The notes under the pieces are model-generated. The model had not been told where the DNA came from. It did no database searches and worked only from the letters and a program-made list of their open reading frames with translations. A DNA stretch of 64,000 nucleotides from Spirochaetia bacterium (GTDB lineage Bacteria; Spirochaetota; Spirochaetia; SZUA-6; Bin103): positions 704,001 to 768,000 of the forward strand of contig CBDBOV010000005.1 in the NCBI GenBank assembly GCA_965208575.1, read 5' to 3'. Both the position numbers and the translations under genes were made by a program. Positions 18,601-27,025 of the stretch are shown here, in pieces. Each line of letters starts with the position of its first letter. The stretch's first letter is position 1.

Positions 18601-19172
18601 GCAAGGCGGCGGTCCCGCTCGCCGATCTCGGCGCCTGGGCGCGCGAGGGCGCCAAGGGCGAGCGCAAGGTGACGGTGATCGGCGTGGTCGGTGAAATCCG
18701 CGAGATTCAGACCCGCGGCGGCCGGCAGATGGCATTCGCCGCGCTAGAGGACCTGAGCGGCTCCGCCGAGCTGGTGATCTTCGCCGATCCGTTCAGCGCC
18801 AGCCGCGAGCTGCTCGAGGGCGGCGCGGTGGTGGCGGCCACCGGGACCGTGGACCGGAGCCGCGGCGAGCCCAAGGTGCTGGTCGACACCCTGTCCGATC
18901 CGCACCAGCTTCCCGACCGCGCCGCCCGCGCCGCCCGCGCCGCCCGCACCCTGCACCTGCGGCTCGACAGCGCGGTATCCGACGACCGGCTGATCGAGTT
19001 GCGCGAGCGCTGCATGGCGGCGCGCGGCGACCTGGAATTGTTCATCCACTGCATGGGCGGCGACCGGGAGTGGGTGATCAGGGCGAATCACATTCTGCGG
19101 GTAGACGGCGCACCCGACGTGCTGGCCAGGCTGCGCGAGGTGCCCGAGGTGAGCGAGGCATGGACGGAATGA
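15693..19172 (+). CDS. dnaE: DNA polymerase III alpha subunit
   Basis: FVHLHVHSDYSLLDG PHP domain, GPGRGSGA, FERFLNPERVSMPDFDIDF, KMDFLGL, C-terminal OB fold. Confidence 0.97.
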   Translation: MSRFVHLHVHSDYSLLDGAASIDALVDKAVGCGMSHLALTDHGAMFGAVAFHDACRARGVMPLVGSECYLSRGSRHDRGSGHGSHDGERASRSFHMGLLARNETGYRNLMQLSTIGYTEGFYYRPRIDEEVLAAHADGLVGFSGCLSAKIPWLIGEGRTAEATDLAVNYRDLFGPGNFYLELQNHGLEQQDTLNRALIEMARRTEIPLVATNDVHYADRDDARAQDVLICIGTGKRLSDTDRLRFDSREFYFKDEAEMLRLFDGVPEAVYNTAQVAERCQLEIPRPGPLLPVYEVPDGHTQESYLRHIAAVGLAERYATVTPELRARLDYELGVIESMGYAGYFLIVWDFIAFARRRRLPVGPGRGSGAASLVAYALRITDIEPFAYGLVFERFLNPERVSMPDFDIDFCYARRGEVIDYVARKYGKERVAQIITFGTLKARAAIRDVARVLDIPYAEADSVAKLVPGGPKSDLKTAIAQEPGLRAVRERGGAYAELLDISLKLEGLSRHASTHAAGIVIGRDALTNYVPLYRDTRSGAISTQYTGEDILQGCGLVKMDFLGLKTLTVIENTVRLIRASQAPGDVPFDLAEVPEDDADTYRMLGEGKATCVFQFESPGMRSLLTRARPQRIQDLMALTSLYRPGPMQFIDQFIEAKAGRRPVQYPLPELRPVLEETYGVIIYQEQVMKIAQIVAGYSLGQADILRRAMGKKKPAEMAQQRERFISGAAEQGHRQKVAADLFDMLAPFAEYGFPKPHAAAYSILSFQTAYLKAHHRAEFMAANLTNEMADTDKLADYIGEARDMGLEVLPPDINRSIGDFSVADGRIVFGLQGIKNVGTGAVAEIAAQREQAGPYASFTEFLERVELGQVNRKVVETLVQVGAFDGLVAGEDRATLMGNLERLLDQVTADKESRRYGQQSLFGEDDGELPRYALEAHAPWPQSELLRIEKEALGMFFSGHPLDEFRAVAERKAAVPLADLGAWAREGAKGERKVTVIGVVGEIREIQTRGGRQMAFAALEDLSGSAELVIFADPFSASRELLEGGAVVAATGTVDRSRGEPKVLVDTLSDPHQLPDRAARAARAARTLHLRLDSAVSDDRLIELRERCMAARGDLELFIHCMGGDREWVIRANHILRVDGAPDVLARLREVPEVSEAWTE

Positions 19173-20446
19173 GGGACCGAATCGGCATCGGACTGGTGGG
19201 GCTGGGCACCGTGGGCGGGGCGTTTGCGCGCCTCGTCGAGGACAACGGCGAACTGCTGCACCGTCGTTACGGCGTGCGCGTGGAGCTGGTCCGGGTGGGC
19301 GTCGCGCGTCTCGGCAAGCCGCGGCAGGTGGCCGCCGACCTGCTGGTGGAGGGCTACGAGAAGGTGCTCGGCGACCCCCGCGTCGACGTGGTGGTGGAAC
19401 TGATGGGCGGCGTCGAGCATCCGCGCGAGCTGATCACCAGCGCCCTGCGCGCCGGCAAGCACGTCATCACCGGCAACAAGGCGCTGATAGCCGAGCACGG
19501 CGAAGAGCTGCTGACGCTCGCGCACCGGCACGGCGTGCAGTTTCGCTTCGAGGCGTCGGTGTGCGGCGGCATCCCGGTCATCAAGGTGATTCGCGAGAGC
19601 CTCAGCGCCAACCGGATCCGCAGCCTGACCGGCATCGTCAACGGCACCACCAACTACATCCTGACCCGCATGACCGCATCGGGCGCCTCGTTCGGCGACG
19701 CGCTCGCCGAGGCCCAGGAGCGCGGCTTCGCGGAAGCGGATCCCACCCTGGACGTGGACGGCACCGACGCGGTGCAGAAGATGGCAATTCTGTGCAGCCT
19801 CGCGTTCGGCGGCTGGTGCAGCTACCGCGACGCCCTCTGGCAGGGCATCGAAAGCGTTACCGCAAAGGATGTCGAATTCGCGGCGATGTCGGGATTCGTG
19901 TTCAAGCTGGTCGCCATGGGCAGGGTGATCGACGGCATGACCTCGGTGGCGGTGTTTCCCGCCCTGGTTGCCACCGGCCACCCGCTGGCGTCGGTGCGCG
20001 ACGAATTCAATGCCGTGATGATCGACTCCGATTTCCAGGGGCCGTCGGTGCTGATCGGCCGCGGCGCGGGCGACCGGCCGTCGGCGTCGTCGGTGGCGGC
20101 CGACCTCGCAGACCTGCTCGCCGGCAGCGCGCCCGCCGGACCGGCGCCGCCGCGCAGCAATCTGTACCCCGCGGAGCAGTTGACGTTCCGCTACTACTTT
20201 CACTTCGTGACCGAGAATCGTCCCGGCATCTGGGCGCAGGTAACCGGCCTGCTCGCCGAACACGAAATCAACATCGAGTCGGTGCACCAGAAGTGGGAGG
20301 ATCCCGATCAACCTTCCGATCTGTACGTGCTCGTGGATCCGGTTGCCGAGCACCGCGCCCGCGCCGCGCTGGCCGCCATCAGCGCCGCGCCGGGGATCTT
20401 CCCGGAGTCGCGATTCTATCGCATACTTCCGGATGAACAGGGGTAG
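19169..20446 (+). CDS. hom: Homoserine dehydrogenase with C-terminal ACT domain
   Basis: GLGTVG, FEASVCGGIP, GIVNGTTNYIL, AEADPTLDVDG.D, GRGAG; ATGA overlap with dnaE (alternative ATG at 19160). Confidence 0.94.
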   Translation: MRDRIGIGLVGLGTVGGAFARLVEDNGELLHRRYGVRVELVRVGVARLGKPRQVAADLLVEGYEKVLGDPRVDVVVELMGGVEHPRELITSALRAGKHVITGNKALIAEHGEELLTLAHRHGVQFRFEASVCGGIPVIKVIRESLSANRIRSLTGIVNGTTNYILTRMTASGASFGDALAEAQERGFAEADPTLDVDGTDAVQKMAILCSLAFGGWCSYRDALWQGIESVTAKDVEFAAMSGFVFKLVAMGRVIDGMTSVAVFPALVATGHPLASVRDEFNAVMIDSDFQGPSVLIGRGAGDRPSASSVAADLADLLAGSAPAGPAPPRSNLYPAEQLTFRYYFHFVTENRPGIWAQVTGLLAEHEINIESVHQKWEDPDQPSDLYVLVDPVAEHRARAALAAISAAPGIFPESRFYRILPDEQG

Positions 20447-20469
20447 AGGCCCGTTCTGGTACGGTCGTA

Positions 20470-21096
20470 ATGCAGGATTTTTTTCGAGTCATCAATATCG
20501 CGTTGCTCGCATACATGCTGGTTATCGTGTTGCGCATCATGTCGACCTGGGTGCGGGGACCCGCGGGCGAGGGCGCGTTCGGTACCATCAGCCACTATCT
20601 CCGGCAGCTCACCGACCCGTACCTGCAGATGTTCTCGCGCTTTACCTTTCTGCGCGCCGGCGGCATGGACTTCACGCCGCTTGCCGGCATATTCGTGCTG
20701 GTGGTGGCCTCCGAGATGACCCGCCAGCTGGCCAATCAGCAACAGGTCACCATCGGGTACTTTCTCGGCGTCTCGTTGTTCGCGGCCTGGCGCATGGCCT
20801 CGATCATCGTGCTGGTGTTCCTGGTGGCGTGCGTCGCCCGCTTCGTCACGCTGCGGTTCCTGGGGCGCACCGATACGCCGATCGCGCGCGCGGTGTATGC
20901 CCTGTCGCAAGCTCCGGTTCGTGCCGTGTCGCGCTACATCTCCATGCGCGACAGCGGCAGCGAGGCCAACTACCTGCTGGTTACCATCGTGATCCTGTTT
21001 GCGGTCTGGATCGGGGGCCGCGTGGCGACCGAGCTCCTGGTTCGCTATTTCTTTTCTCTCAATCAGGTTTTCGGCGGATTGCCGGTCCTCGGCTGA
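20470..21096 (+). CDS. yggT: YggT family membrane protein
   Basis: Duplicated YGGT repeat: LRQLTDPYL...GGMDFTPL; multiple TM segments. Confidence 0.85.
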   Translation: MQDFFRVINIALLAYMLVIVLRIMSTWVRGPAGEGAFGTISHYLRQLTDPYLQMFSRFTFLRAGGMDFTPLAGIFVLVVASEMTRQLANQQQVTIGYFLGVSLFAAWRMASIIVLVFLVACVARFVTLRFLGRTDTPIARAVYALSQAPVRAVSRYISMRDSGSEANYLLVTIVILFAVWIGGRVATELLVRYFFSLNQVFGGLPVLG

Positions 21097-21133
21097 GTCT
21101 CCGCCGGCGCCGCCGCAGGCCGCGCGGCCGGCG

Positions 21134-23377
21134 ATGACGGCGGTGTTGCTGCAGCAGCTCGCGCAGCCGGTCACCAGTCTGCCCGGCGTGGGTCCGGCCG
21201 GGGGGCGCCGCCTCGCCGAGTTGGGAGCCGCGACCGTGGGTGAGTTGCTGGAGCACTTCCCGCGCGCCTGGGAGGACCGCCGCCGGATCGCACCGCTGCA
21301 GGCGCTCGCGGAAGGCCGCCCGGTGGTGGTGCGCGCCCGGGTCGCGGCGCATCGGCGATTCGGCCCGCGCGCCCGGCACCTGCGCATCGACCTCACCGAC
21401 CAGGCGCCGGCCGCCCGCGCCCCGGATGGCGCCGGGCAGCGGCGCGGGCGCGCCCCCGAACCGGGACCGCGCGCGGTGCCCGCAGCGGCGCTGCTCTGCT
21501 TCGGGCGCAACTACCTGGCACGTTCGCTGCCGGTCGGGGCGGCGGTGACCGTGGCCGCCACGTTTCATCGCCGCGGCGGGACATGGGAGGCCGGCAGCTT
21601 CGAGTTGCTGCGCGACGATGACACCGCGAATGCCGGGCGCATCGTCCCGATCTACCCGCTGAGCGAGGGAGTGCGCGCAGCCATGCTGCGCCGCGCCATG
21701 CTCGCCGCGTGCGCCCGCCTTGCCGGCATGGCCACGCCGTGGGACGGCTACTGCCGCCGCCGCGGATTGCCGCCGGTGGCCGCGGCGGTGCGCGCACTCC
21801 ACTTCCCGCAGCGCGCCGGCGACATCGAACCTGCCCGCACCGCCGTCGCATACGCGGAGCTGCTGCAACTGCAGCACGCGCTGCGGCGCCGCCGCGCGCC
21901 GCGGCGCGCGGCGCGGCGCGCGTGCGGTGCGCTGCCGGCGCGCATCGCCGGGCGGCTGCCGTTTGCGCTGACCGGCGACCAGGACGCGGCGCTGCACGCG
22001 ATCGGCGCCGGACTGCGCGGTGCGCTGCCGAGTGCCCGGCTGCTGCAGGGCGACGTGGGCTGCGGCAAGACGCTGGTCGCCCTGCTCGCCGCGGCCTGGG
22101 TGGTGGAAGCGGGCGAGCAGGTCGCGTTCGTGGTGCCCACCGAACTGCTGGCGCGTCAGCACCTGAACAGCGCGCGCCGTATTCTCGCACCGGCGGGGAT
22201 CACGGTGGCGCTGCTGACCGGCGCCGGTGCGGTACGCGGCGCGCAGGCGGTGCCGGGCGGCGTGCAGGCGGTGCCGGGCGGCGTGCAGGCGGTGCCGGGC
22301 GGCGTGCAGGCACTGCCGCGCGCGGCGCTGCTGGCCGACCTGCGCCGCGGCGCCATCGACGTGCTGTTCGGCACGCACGCGCTGCTGCAGGAAGGGGTGG
22401 CGTTCGCCGCCCTCGGCCTGGTGGTCATCGACGAGCAGCATCGCTTCGGGGTCTTGCAGCGGCGCCACCTGCTGCAACGCGCACCGCGCGCCGATCTGCT
22501 GCTGATGACCGCCACGCCGATTCCACGATCGCTCGCGATGACCGTGTATGGCGACCTTGAGCGCACGGTGATCCGCGCCCTGCCGCCGGGCCGGCTGCCG
22601 GTGCGCACCCACCTCGTGCGGCTGGCCAACATAGGCAAGGTGTACGACCGGGTGCGCGGCGAGCTCGCGACCGGAGGCCAGGTGTACGTGGTCGCGCCGC
22701 GCATCGGCGCTCCCGCGCCATCGGCACGGGACGCGCCGCCGGCACGGGACGCGCTGCCGGCACGGGACGCGCTGCCGGCACGGGACGCGCTGCCGGCCGC
22801 GCCGGCGGCCGGCGGCCGGTCCGCTCCGCTGCCCGATGTCGGCGCCGCCGAGTCCCTGTTCGCCGCGCTGCGGGACGAGGTGTTCCCGGAGTTCGCGTCC
22901 GGCCTGATCCACGGCGCCATGAACGAGCTCGACAAGCACGCGGTAATGGAGCAGTTCCGGCGTGGCGCGCTGTCGATCCTGGTGGCGACCACGGTAGTGG
23001 AGGTGGGGGTGGACGTGGAGGGTGCCACCGGCATCGTGGTGTTCGGCGCCGAGCGCTTCGGCCTCGCGACGCTGCACCAGCTTCGCGGCCGCGTCGGCCG
23101 TGGGCCGCGGCAGGGGTATGCCTACCTGGTGTACGGCGAACCGTTGAGCGACTCGGGCAGCGAACGCCTGCGGGCCATGCGGGAGAGCGGCGACGGATTC
23201 GCGATCGCCGAGCGCGACCTCGCCCTGCGCGGGCCGGGAACGCTTCTCGGGCTGCGCCAGGCGGGCCTGCCGGAGCTGCGGGTGGCCGAGCTGCCGCGCG
23301 ACCTGCAGCTCGCTTTGCAAGCAAGGGCTGACATAGGCCCGGTGGAACAGGCACAGGACTGTGCGCCATGTCCGTAA
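21134..23377 (+). CDS. recG: ATP-dependent DNA helicase RecG
   Basis: LLQGDVGCGKT, PTELLARQH, GTHAL, DEQHRFG, MTATPIPRSL, ATTVVEVGVDV, QLRGRVGRG, DLALRGPG. Confidence 0.95.
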   Translation: MTAVLLQQLAQPVTSLPGVGPAGGRRLAELGAATVGELLEHFPRAWEDRRRIAPLQALAEGRPVVVRARVAAHRRFGPRARHLRIDLTDQAPAARAPDGAGQRRGRAPEPGPRAVPAAALLCFGRNYLARSLPVGAAVTVAATFHRRGGTWEAGSFELLRDDDTANAGRIVPIYPLSEGVRAAMLRRAMLAACARLAGMATPWDGYCRRRGLPPVAAAVRALHFPQRAGDIEPARTAVAYAELLQLQHALRRRRAPRRAARRACGALPARIAGRLPFALTGDQDAALHAIGAGLRGALPSARLLQGDVGCGKTLVALLAAAWVVEAGEQVAFVVPTELLARQHLNSARRILAPAGITVALLTGAGAVRGAQAVPGGVQAVPGGVQAVPGGVQALPRAALLADLRRGAIDVLFGTHALLQEGVAFAALGLVVIDEQHRFGVLQRRHLLQRAPRADLLLMTATPIPRSLAMTVYGDLERTVIRALPPGRLPVRTHLVRLANIGKVYDRVRGELATGGQVYVVAPRIGAPAPSARDAPPARDALPARDALPARDALPAAPAAGGRSAPLPDVGAAESLFAALRDEVFPEFASGLIHGAMNELDKHAVMEQFRRGALSILVATTVVEVGVDVEGATGIVVFGAERFGLATLHQLRGRVGRGPRQGYAYLVYGEPLSDSGSERLRAMRESGDGFAIAERDLALRGPGTLLGLRQAGLPELRVAELPRDLQLALQARADIGPVEQAQDCAPCP
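22243..22318 (+). repeat. In-frame 21-bp tandem repeat in recG
   Basis: gcaggcggtgccgggcggcgt x3 exact plus a partial fourth copy (QAVPGGV). Confidence 0.95.
22722..22793 (+). repeat. In-frame 18-bp tandem repeat in recG
   Basis: cggcacgggacgcgctgc x4, first copy with one mismatch (ARDALP). Confidence 0.95.
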
Positions 23378-23649
23378 CCGGTACCCACTACCGCGGCCAT
23401 CAAGCACGCGCCGACATTGGCCCGGCGGAACAGGCACACGACTCTGCTCCATGTCCGTAACCGGTACCCACTACCGCGGCCATCAAGCACGCGCCGACAT
23501 AGGCCCGGCGGAACAGGCACAGGACTGTGCTCCATGTCCATGACCGGCATCCAATACCGCGGCCATCACGCCCGCGCTGACATCGGCCGGGCGCAGCGCT
23601 CATCCGAGGTGGCGCCGTGCGCGTGACCGGCGGGCGCTACCGCGGCCGC
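23318..23649 (+). repeat. Four tandem 83-bp copies of the recG-3'/rsmD-5' junction
   Basis: Units start at 23318, 23401, 23484 and 23567; copies 1 and 2 differ at 8 of 83 positions; copy 4 is the most divergent and carries the real rsmD start. Confidence 0.92.
23368..23626 (+). other. Three overlapping 30-aa mini-ORFs (23368-23460, 23451-23543, 23534-23626) linking recG to rsmD
   Basis: Each start codon overlaps the previous ORF's end by 10 nt; peptides MSVTGTHYRGHQARADIGPAEQAHDSAPCP, MSVTGTHYRGHQARADIGPAEQAQDCAPCP, MSMTGIQYRGHHARADIGRAQRSSEVAPCA; translation not demonstrated. Confidence 0.55.
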
Positions 23650-24192
23650 CGGCTGCAGGTGCCGCCCCGCGACATCCGTCCGGCGACCGACCGCATGCGC
23701 GAGGCGCTGTTCAACGTGCTCGCGGCGCGTGGCGTGGTGCTCGAAGGGTGCCGTTTCCTGGACCTGTTCAGCGGCACCGGGATCATGGCGGTGGAGGCTG
23801 CGTCGCGCGGCGCGGCGGTGGTCGACCTGGTGGAGCGCGATCCGCGCAAGCGCCCCTACCTGCAGCGCAACACCAGCTTCGTCGCCGCGCGCGTGGCCAT
23901 TCACGTGACGCCGTGCGAGCGGTATCTGGCGCGCGCCCGGCGCGACGCAGCCGCCGGCTGGGACCTGGTGTTTGCTGATCCGCCCTATGCCTACCGCCGG
24001 AAGGCGGACCTGCTGGCGTCCGTGGCCGCCTGCGCGGGCCTGCGCGCCGGTGCCCTGGTGGTCGTGCACACGCCGGCCGGCGAGGTGCTGCCGGTGCCGC
24101 CGCGGCTGGCCTGTGTCGACCGGCGCCGGTATGGCGGCGCCGCGCTGGCCTTGTTCTCGGTGGCGGATGAGGCGGAATGCGGCGGCCCCTGA
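23617..24192 (+). CDS. rsmD: 16S rRNA m2G966 methyltransferase
   Basis: MRVTGGRYRGRRL, RPATDRMREALFN, LDLFSGTG, EAASRGA, FADPPY. Confidence 0.94.
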   Translation: MRVTGGRYRGRRLQVPPRDIRPATDRMREALFNVLAARGVVLEGCRFLDLFSGTGIMAVEAASRGAAVVDLVERDPRKRPYLQRNTSFVAARVAIHVTPCERYLARARRDAAAGWDLVFADPPYAYRRKADLLASVAACAGLRAGALVVVHTPAGEVLPVPPRLACVDRRRYGGAALALFSVADEAECGGP

Positions 24193-24235
24193 GCGGCGTC
24201 CGTGCCGCCGGTGGTGGAAATTTGCCCCCGCGGCG

Positions 24236-24265
24236 TTGACACGCGGCGGCGTGCATCGTTAGTTT
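24236..24265 (+). promoter_or_regulatory. Sigma70-type promoter for the tRNA-Thr/rpmG operon
   Basis: TTGACA (24236-24241) - 18 nt - TAGTTT (24260-24265). Confidence 0.6.
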
Positions 24266-24318
24266 GCCAGCCTTGACGGCCTCGCGCAGCGGCCCTTCCC
24301 GGCGGGAAGCCGTTGTTC

Positions 24319-24391
24319 GCCTCTGTAGCTCAGTTGGTAGAGCACCACCATGGTAAGGTGGGGGTCACCGGTTCAAGTCCGGTCGGGGGCT
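24319..24391 (+). tRNA. tRNA-Thr(GGT)
   Basis: Cloverleaf: acceptor gcctctg/cgggggc, D-arm gctc/gagc, anticodon stem ccacc/ggtgg with loop atGGTaa, T-loop ttcaagt; CCA not encoded. Confidence 0.95.
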
Positions 24392-24454
24392 TGTCACTTC
24401 CGTGTCGGGGGACTATATTTCCGGTCCGATACGAGGTGAAGAGATCTCCAAGAA

Positions 24455-24646
24455 ATGGCCAAGGCTAAGGTAGTCGAACTGGTGGCCCTGGAGTGCGTGG
24501 CGTGCTCTGAGGGGTCGAACGGCGTGCACCTGCGCAACTACACGACGACCAAGAATCGTCGTAACGTGCAGGGCAAGCTGGAGTTGAAGAAGTACTGTCC
24601 GCGGTGCCGGGTCCACACCCGGCACCGGGAGACCCGGGTAAAGTAG
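24455..24646 (+). CDS. rpmG: 50S ribosomal protein L33 (zinc-binding form)
   Basis: LECVAC...[11 protein letters not shown]...[14 protein letters not shown]. Confidence 0.95.
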   Translation: MAKAKVVELVALECVACSEGSNGVHLRNYTTTKNRRNVQGKLELKKYCPRCRVHTRHRETRVK

Positions 24647-24758
24647 GGGCGTTCCGGGTTCCGGATCCGGGCCGCCCGTATCATCGGCTGGAGTGGGGTC
24701 GCCGTCTGCGTTCAGTTCGCGGACGGTTGCCGGGCGGCGGAGATCGTTGCATCAGCGA

Positions 24759-24832
24759 AGGCCAGTAGCTCGAATTGGCAGAGCGCCGGTCTCCAAAACC
24801 GGATGTTGCAGGTTCGAATCCTGCCTGGCCTG
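24759..24832 (+). tRNA. tRNA-Trp(CCA)
   Basis: Acceptor aggccag/ctggcct, anticodon arm ccggt-ctCCAaa-accgg, T-loop ttcgaat; typical rpmG-trpT-secE position; CCA end not encoded. Confidence 0.95.
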
Positions 24833-24953
24833 GAGAGGAAGCCGTCCTGACGCGGCCGTCGAACCGGTAGGCGCGCGTAGGCCGCGGCGTGTGGGGGCCG
24901 CCGGGCCCTGCCGTTTGCATGCGGCGAGGGCTGCATCTGGCGAGTGAGGAGCT

Positions 24954-25133
24954 GTGAAGCGAATCGTTCAGTTTTTTCGCGAGAGTTACGCTGAGCTGCG
25001 CAAGGTGTCGTGGCCGAGCCGTGAGGAGGTTGGCAACTCAACCAGGATCGTTCTGATTTCGGTGGCGCTCATTGCCTTGGCGCTGGGATTGGTGGACTTC
25101 GTCTTCTTTCAGGCGATCGACCTGATCTTTTAG
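24954..25133 (+). CDS. secE: Preprotein translocase subunit SecE (59 aa; absent from ORF track)
   Basis: Translated by hand: MKRIVQFFRESYAELRKVSWPSREEVGNSTRIVLISVALIALALGLVDFVFFQAIDLIF; EL.KV.WP motif; GAGGAG RBS. Confidence 0.93.
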   Translation: MKRIVQFFRESYAELRKVSWPSREEVGNSTRIVLISVALIALALGLVDFVFFQAIDLIF

Positions 25134-25203
25134 CGGCAGGCAGAAGCGGGATGGAGCGGCGCCGCCGCGCGCGGGTCGCGTCGGGCCGGTGCCACCGGTC
25201 CGG

Positions 25204-25269
25204 GCGGTGCTGGTCAGAGCAGTGCTGGTCCCGGCGGTGCCGGTCAGAGCAGTGCCGGTCAGTGCAGTG
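25204..25269 (+). repeat. Intergenic 15-bp degenerate tandem repeat (secE-nusG)
   Basis: gcggtgctggtcaga/gcagtgctggtcccg/gcggtgccggtcaga/gcagtgccggtcagt/gcagtg. Confidence 0.85.
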
Positions 25270-25299
25270 GGTGGAGTGAGGAGCCGAACGAACGCGAAC

Positions 25300-25854
25300 A
25301 TGGCAAAAAGCTGGTACGTAGTGCATACCTATTCGGGTTATGAGAACAAGGTGCAGAAACACTTGACGCGGCTCATGGAGAGCCAGGAGTTCACCGATCA
25401 GCTCTTCGACGTCAAGGTGCCGCAGGAAGAGGTGGTCGAGGTCAAGGACGGCAAGAAGAGGGTGATCTCGAAGAAATTCCTGCCCGGTTACATTCTCCTG
25501 GAGATGGAACTCGGCGATGCGCGATGGAAGGAGCTGACCTCCGCCATCCGCCGCATCGACGGGGTGACCGGTTTCGTCGGCATGCAGACCGGACGCAGGC
25601 CGCAACCGATTTCGGGCGACGAAGTGCGTTCCATCCTGCAGAAGTCGGGCGCCATCAAGACCGACCGCATGATCCGCCCGATGCAGACCTTCTCCATCGG
25701 CGAGTCGGTGCGGATCGTGGATGGCCCGTTCGAGTCGTTCACCGGCACCGTCGAAGAGGTGAACCTGGAGAAGGCCAAGCTGCGTGTCTCGGTGGGTATT
25801 TTCGGTCGCTCGACGCCGGTGGAACTGGAATTCCTGCAGGTGGAGAAAGTCTGA
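25300..25854 (+). CDS. nusG: Transcription termination/antitermination factor NusG
   Basis: WYVVHTYSGYENKV, KKFLPGYIL, KOW motif DGPF..FTG.VEEV, IFGRSTPVELEF. Confidence 0.97.
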   Translation: MAKSWYVVHTYSGYENKVQKHLTRLMESQEFTDQLFDVKVPQEEVVEVKDGKKRVISKKFLPGYILLEMELGDARWKELTSAIRRIDGVTGFVGMQTGRRPQPISGDEVRSILQKSGAIKTDRMIRPMQTFSIGESVRIVDGPFESFTGTVEEVNLEKAKLRVSVGIFGRSTPVELEFLQVEKV

Positions 25855-25883
25855 CGGTGGCGACGGGATAACGGGGGCAACAG

Positions 25884-26315
25884 GTGGCGAAGAAACGAGT
25901 CAACGCGGTCATAAAGCTGCAGGTTCCGGCCGGGCAGGCGACGCCCGCGCCGCCGGTGGGGCCGGCACTCGGCCCGCACGGCGTGAGCGCGCCGCAGTTC
26001 GTTCAGCAGTTCAACGACCGCACCAGGAACGAAGAGCAGGGCCTTACCATTCCGGTGGTAATCACGGTGTACGCCGACCGCACCTTCAGCTTCGAGACCA
26101 AGACGCCGCCGGCGGCGGTGCTGATCAAGAAGGCGATCGGCCTGGACAAGGGGTCGCCGGAATCGAACCGCGAGAAGGTCGGTTCCATCAGTCGCGCCGC
26201 CCTGGAGGAGATCGCGGCGCGCAAGATGCAGGACCTGAACGCCAACGACCTGCAGGCCGCGGCCAAGGTCATTGCCGGAACCGCCCGCAGCATGGGCGTG
26301 ACAGTGGAGGGCTGA
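25884..26315 (+). CDS. rplK: 50S ribosomal protein L11
   Basis: [29 protein letters not shown]. Confidence 0.97.
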   Translation: MAKKRVNAVIKLQVPAGQATPAPPVGPALGPHGVSAPQFVQQFNDRTRNEEQGLTIPVVITVYADRTFSFETKTPPAAVLIKKAIGLDKGSPESNREKVGSISRAALEEIAARKMQDLNANDLQAAAKVIAGTARSMGVTVEG

Positions 26316-26323
26316 ATCAGACG

Positions 26324-27019
26324 ATGGCACGCAGCAAACGATACCGGGCAGCCGAGCAGCGCCGCGACGGCGCACGCAGCTACGCGCTGGCCGAGGCGGT
26401 CGAGCTGGTGAAGAGCAGCGCGTCGGCCAGGTTCGACGAGACCGTGGAGTGTCACATCAAGCTGAACATTCGCGGCAACCAGACCGTACGCGATACCACG
26501 GTACTGCCGCACGGCTTTCAGGCCGAGAAGCGGATCCTGGTGTTCGCGCGCGGCGAGAAGGCGGACGAAGCACGGGCGGCCGGGGCCGCCCATGTCGGCG
26601 CCGAGGAACTGGTCGAGAAGATTCGCGGCGGCTGGCTGGACTTCGACGTGGCGGTCGCGACCCCGGACATGATGCGCGAGGTGGGCAAGCTTGGACCGGT
26701 GCTCGGGCGCCGCGGCCTGATGCCCAATCCGAAGACGCGCACCGTGACCAACGACCTTACCGCCGCCATTGCCGAGTTGCAGCGCGGCAGGGTAGAGTTC
26801 CGCGCCGACCGCACCGGAGTGGTTCACATGGCGGTCGGCAAGGTGTCGATGGACGCCGGCCCGGTGAGCGAGAATGTCAGCGCGCTGCTCGACGAGGTCG
26901 GCAAACGGCGTCCGGCGGATCTGAAGGGCGTTTTCATCAGTTCGGTGGCGGTGAGTTCCACCATGGGGCCGGGAGTGAAGGTGACTCCGGCCGACGCCGC
27001 GGGCGCGGCAGCCGGGTAG
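26324..27019 (+). CDS. rplA: 50S ribosomal protein L1
   Basis: [34 protein letters not shown]. Confidence 0.97.
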   Translation: MARSKRYRAAEQRRDGARSYALAEAVELVKSSASARFDETVECHIKLNIRGNQTVRDTTVLPHGFQAEKRILVFARGEKADEARAAGAAHVGAEELVEKIRGGWLDFDVAVATPDMMREVGKLGPVLGRRGLMPNPKTRTVTNDLTAAIAELQRGRVEFRADRTGVVHMAVGKVSMDAGPVSENVSALLDEVGKRRPADLKGVFISSVAVSSTMGPGVKVTPADAAGAAAG

Positions 27020-27025
27020 GGGACG

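Noticed and set aside
23318-23649. 83-bp repeats as a CRISPR array or DGR template/variable pair
   Set aside because: Units are contiguous with no unique spacers, derive from the flanking genes, differences are not adenine-specific, and no cas or reverse transcriptase gene is in the window
24319-24832. tRNA genes as integration sites; missing encoded CCA
   Set aside because: No duplicated tRNA 3' end or integrase seen; CCA-less tRNA genes are common
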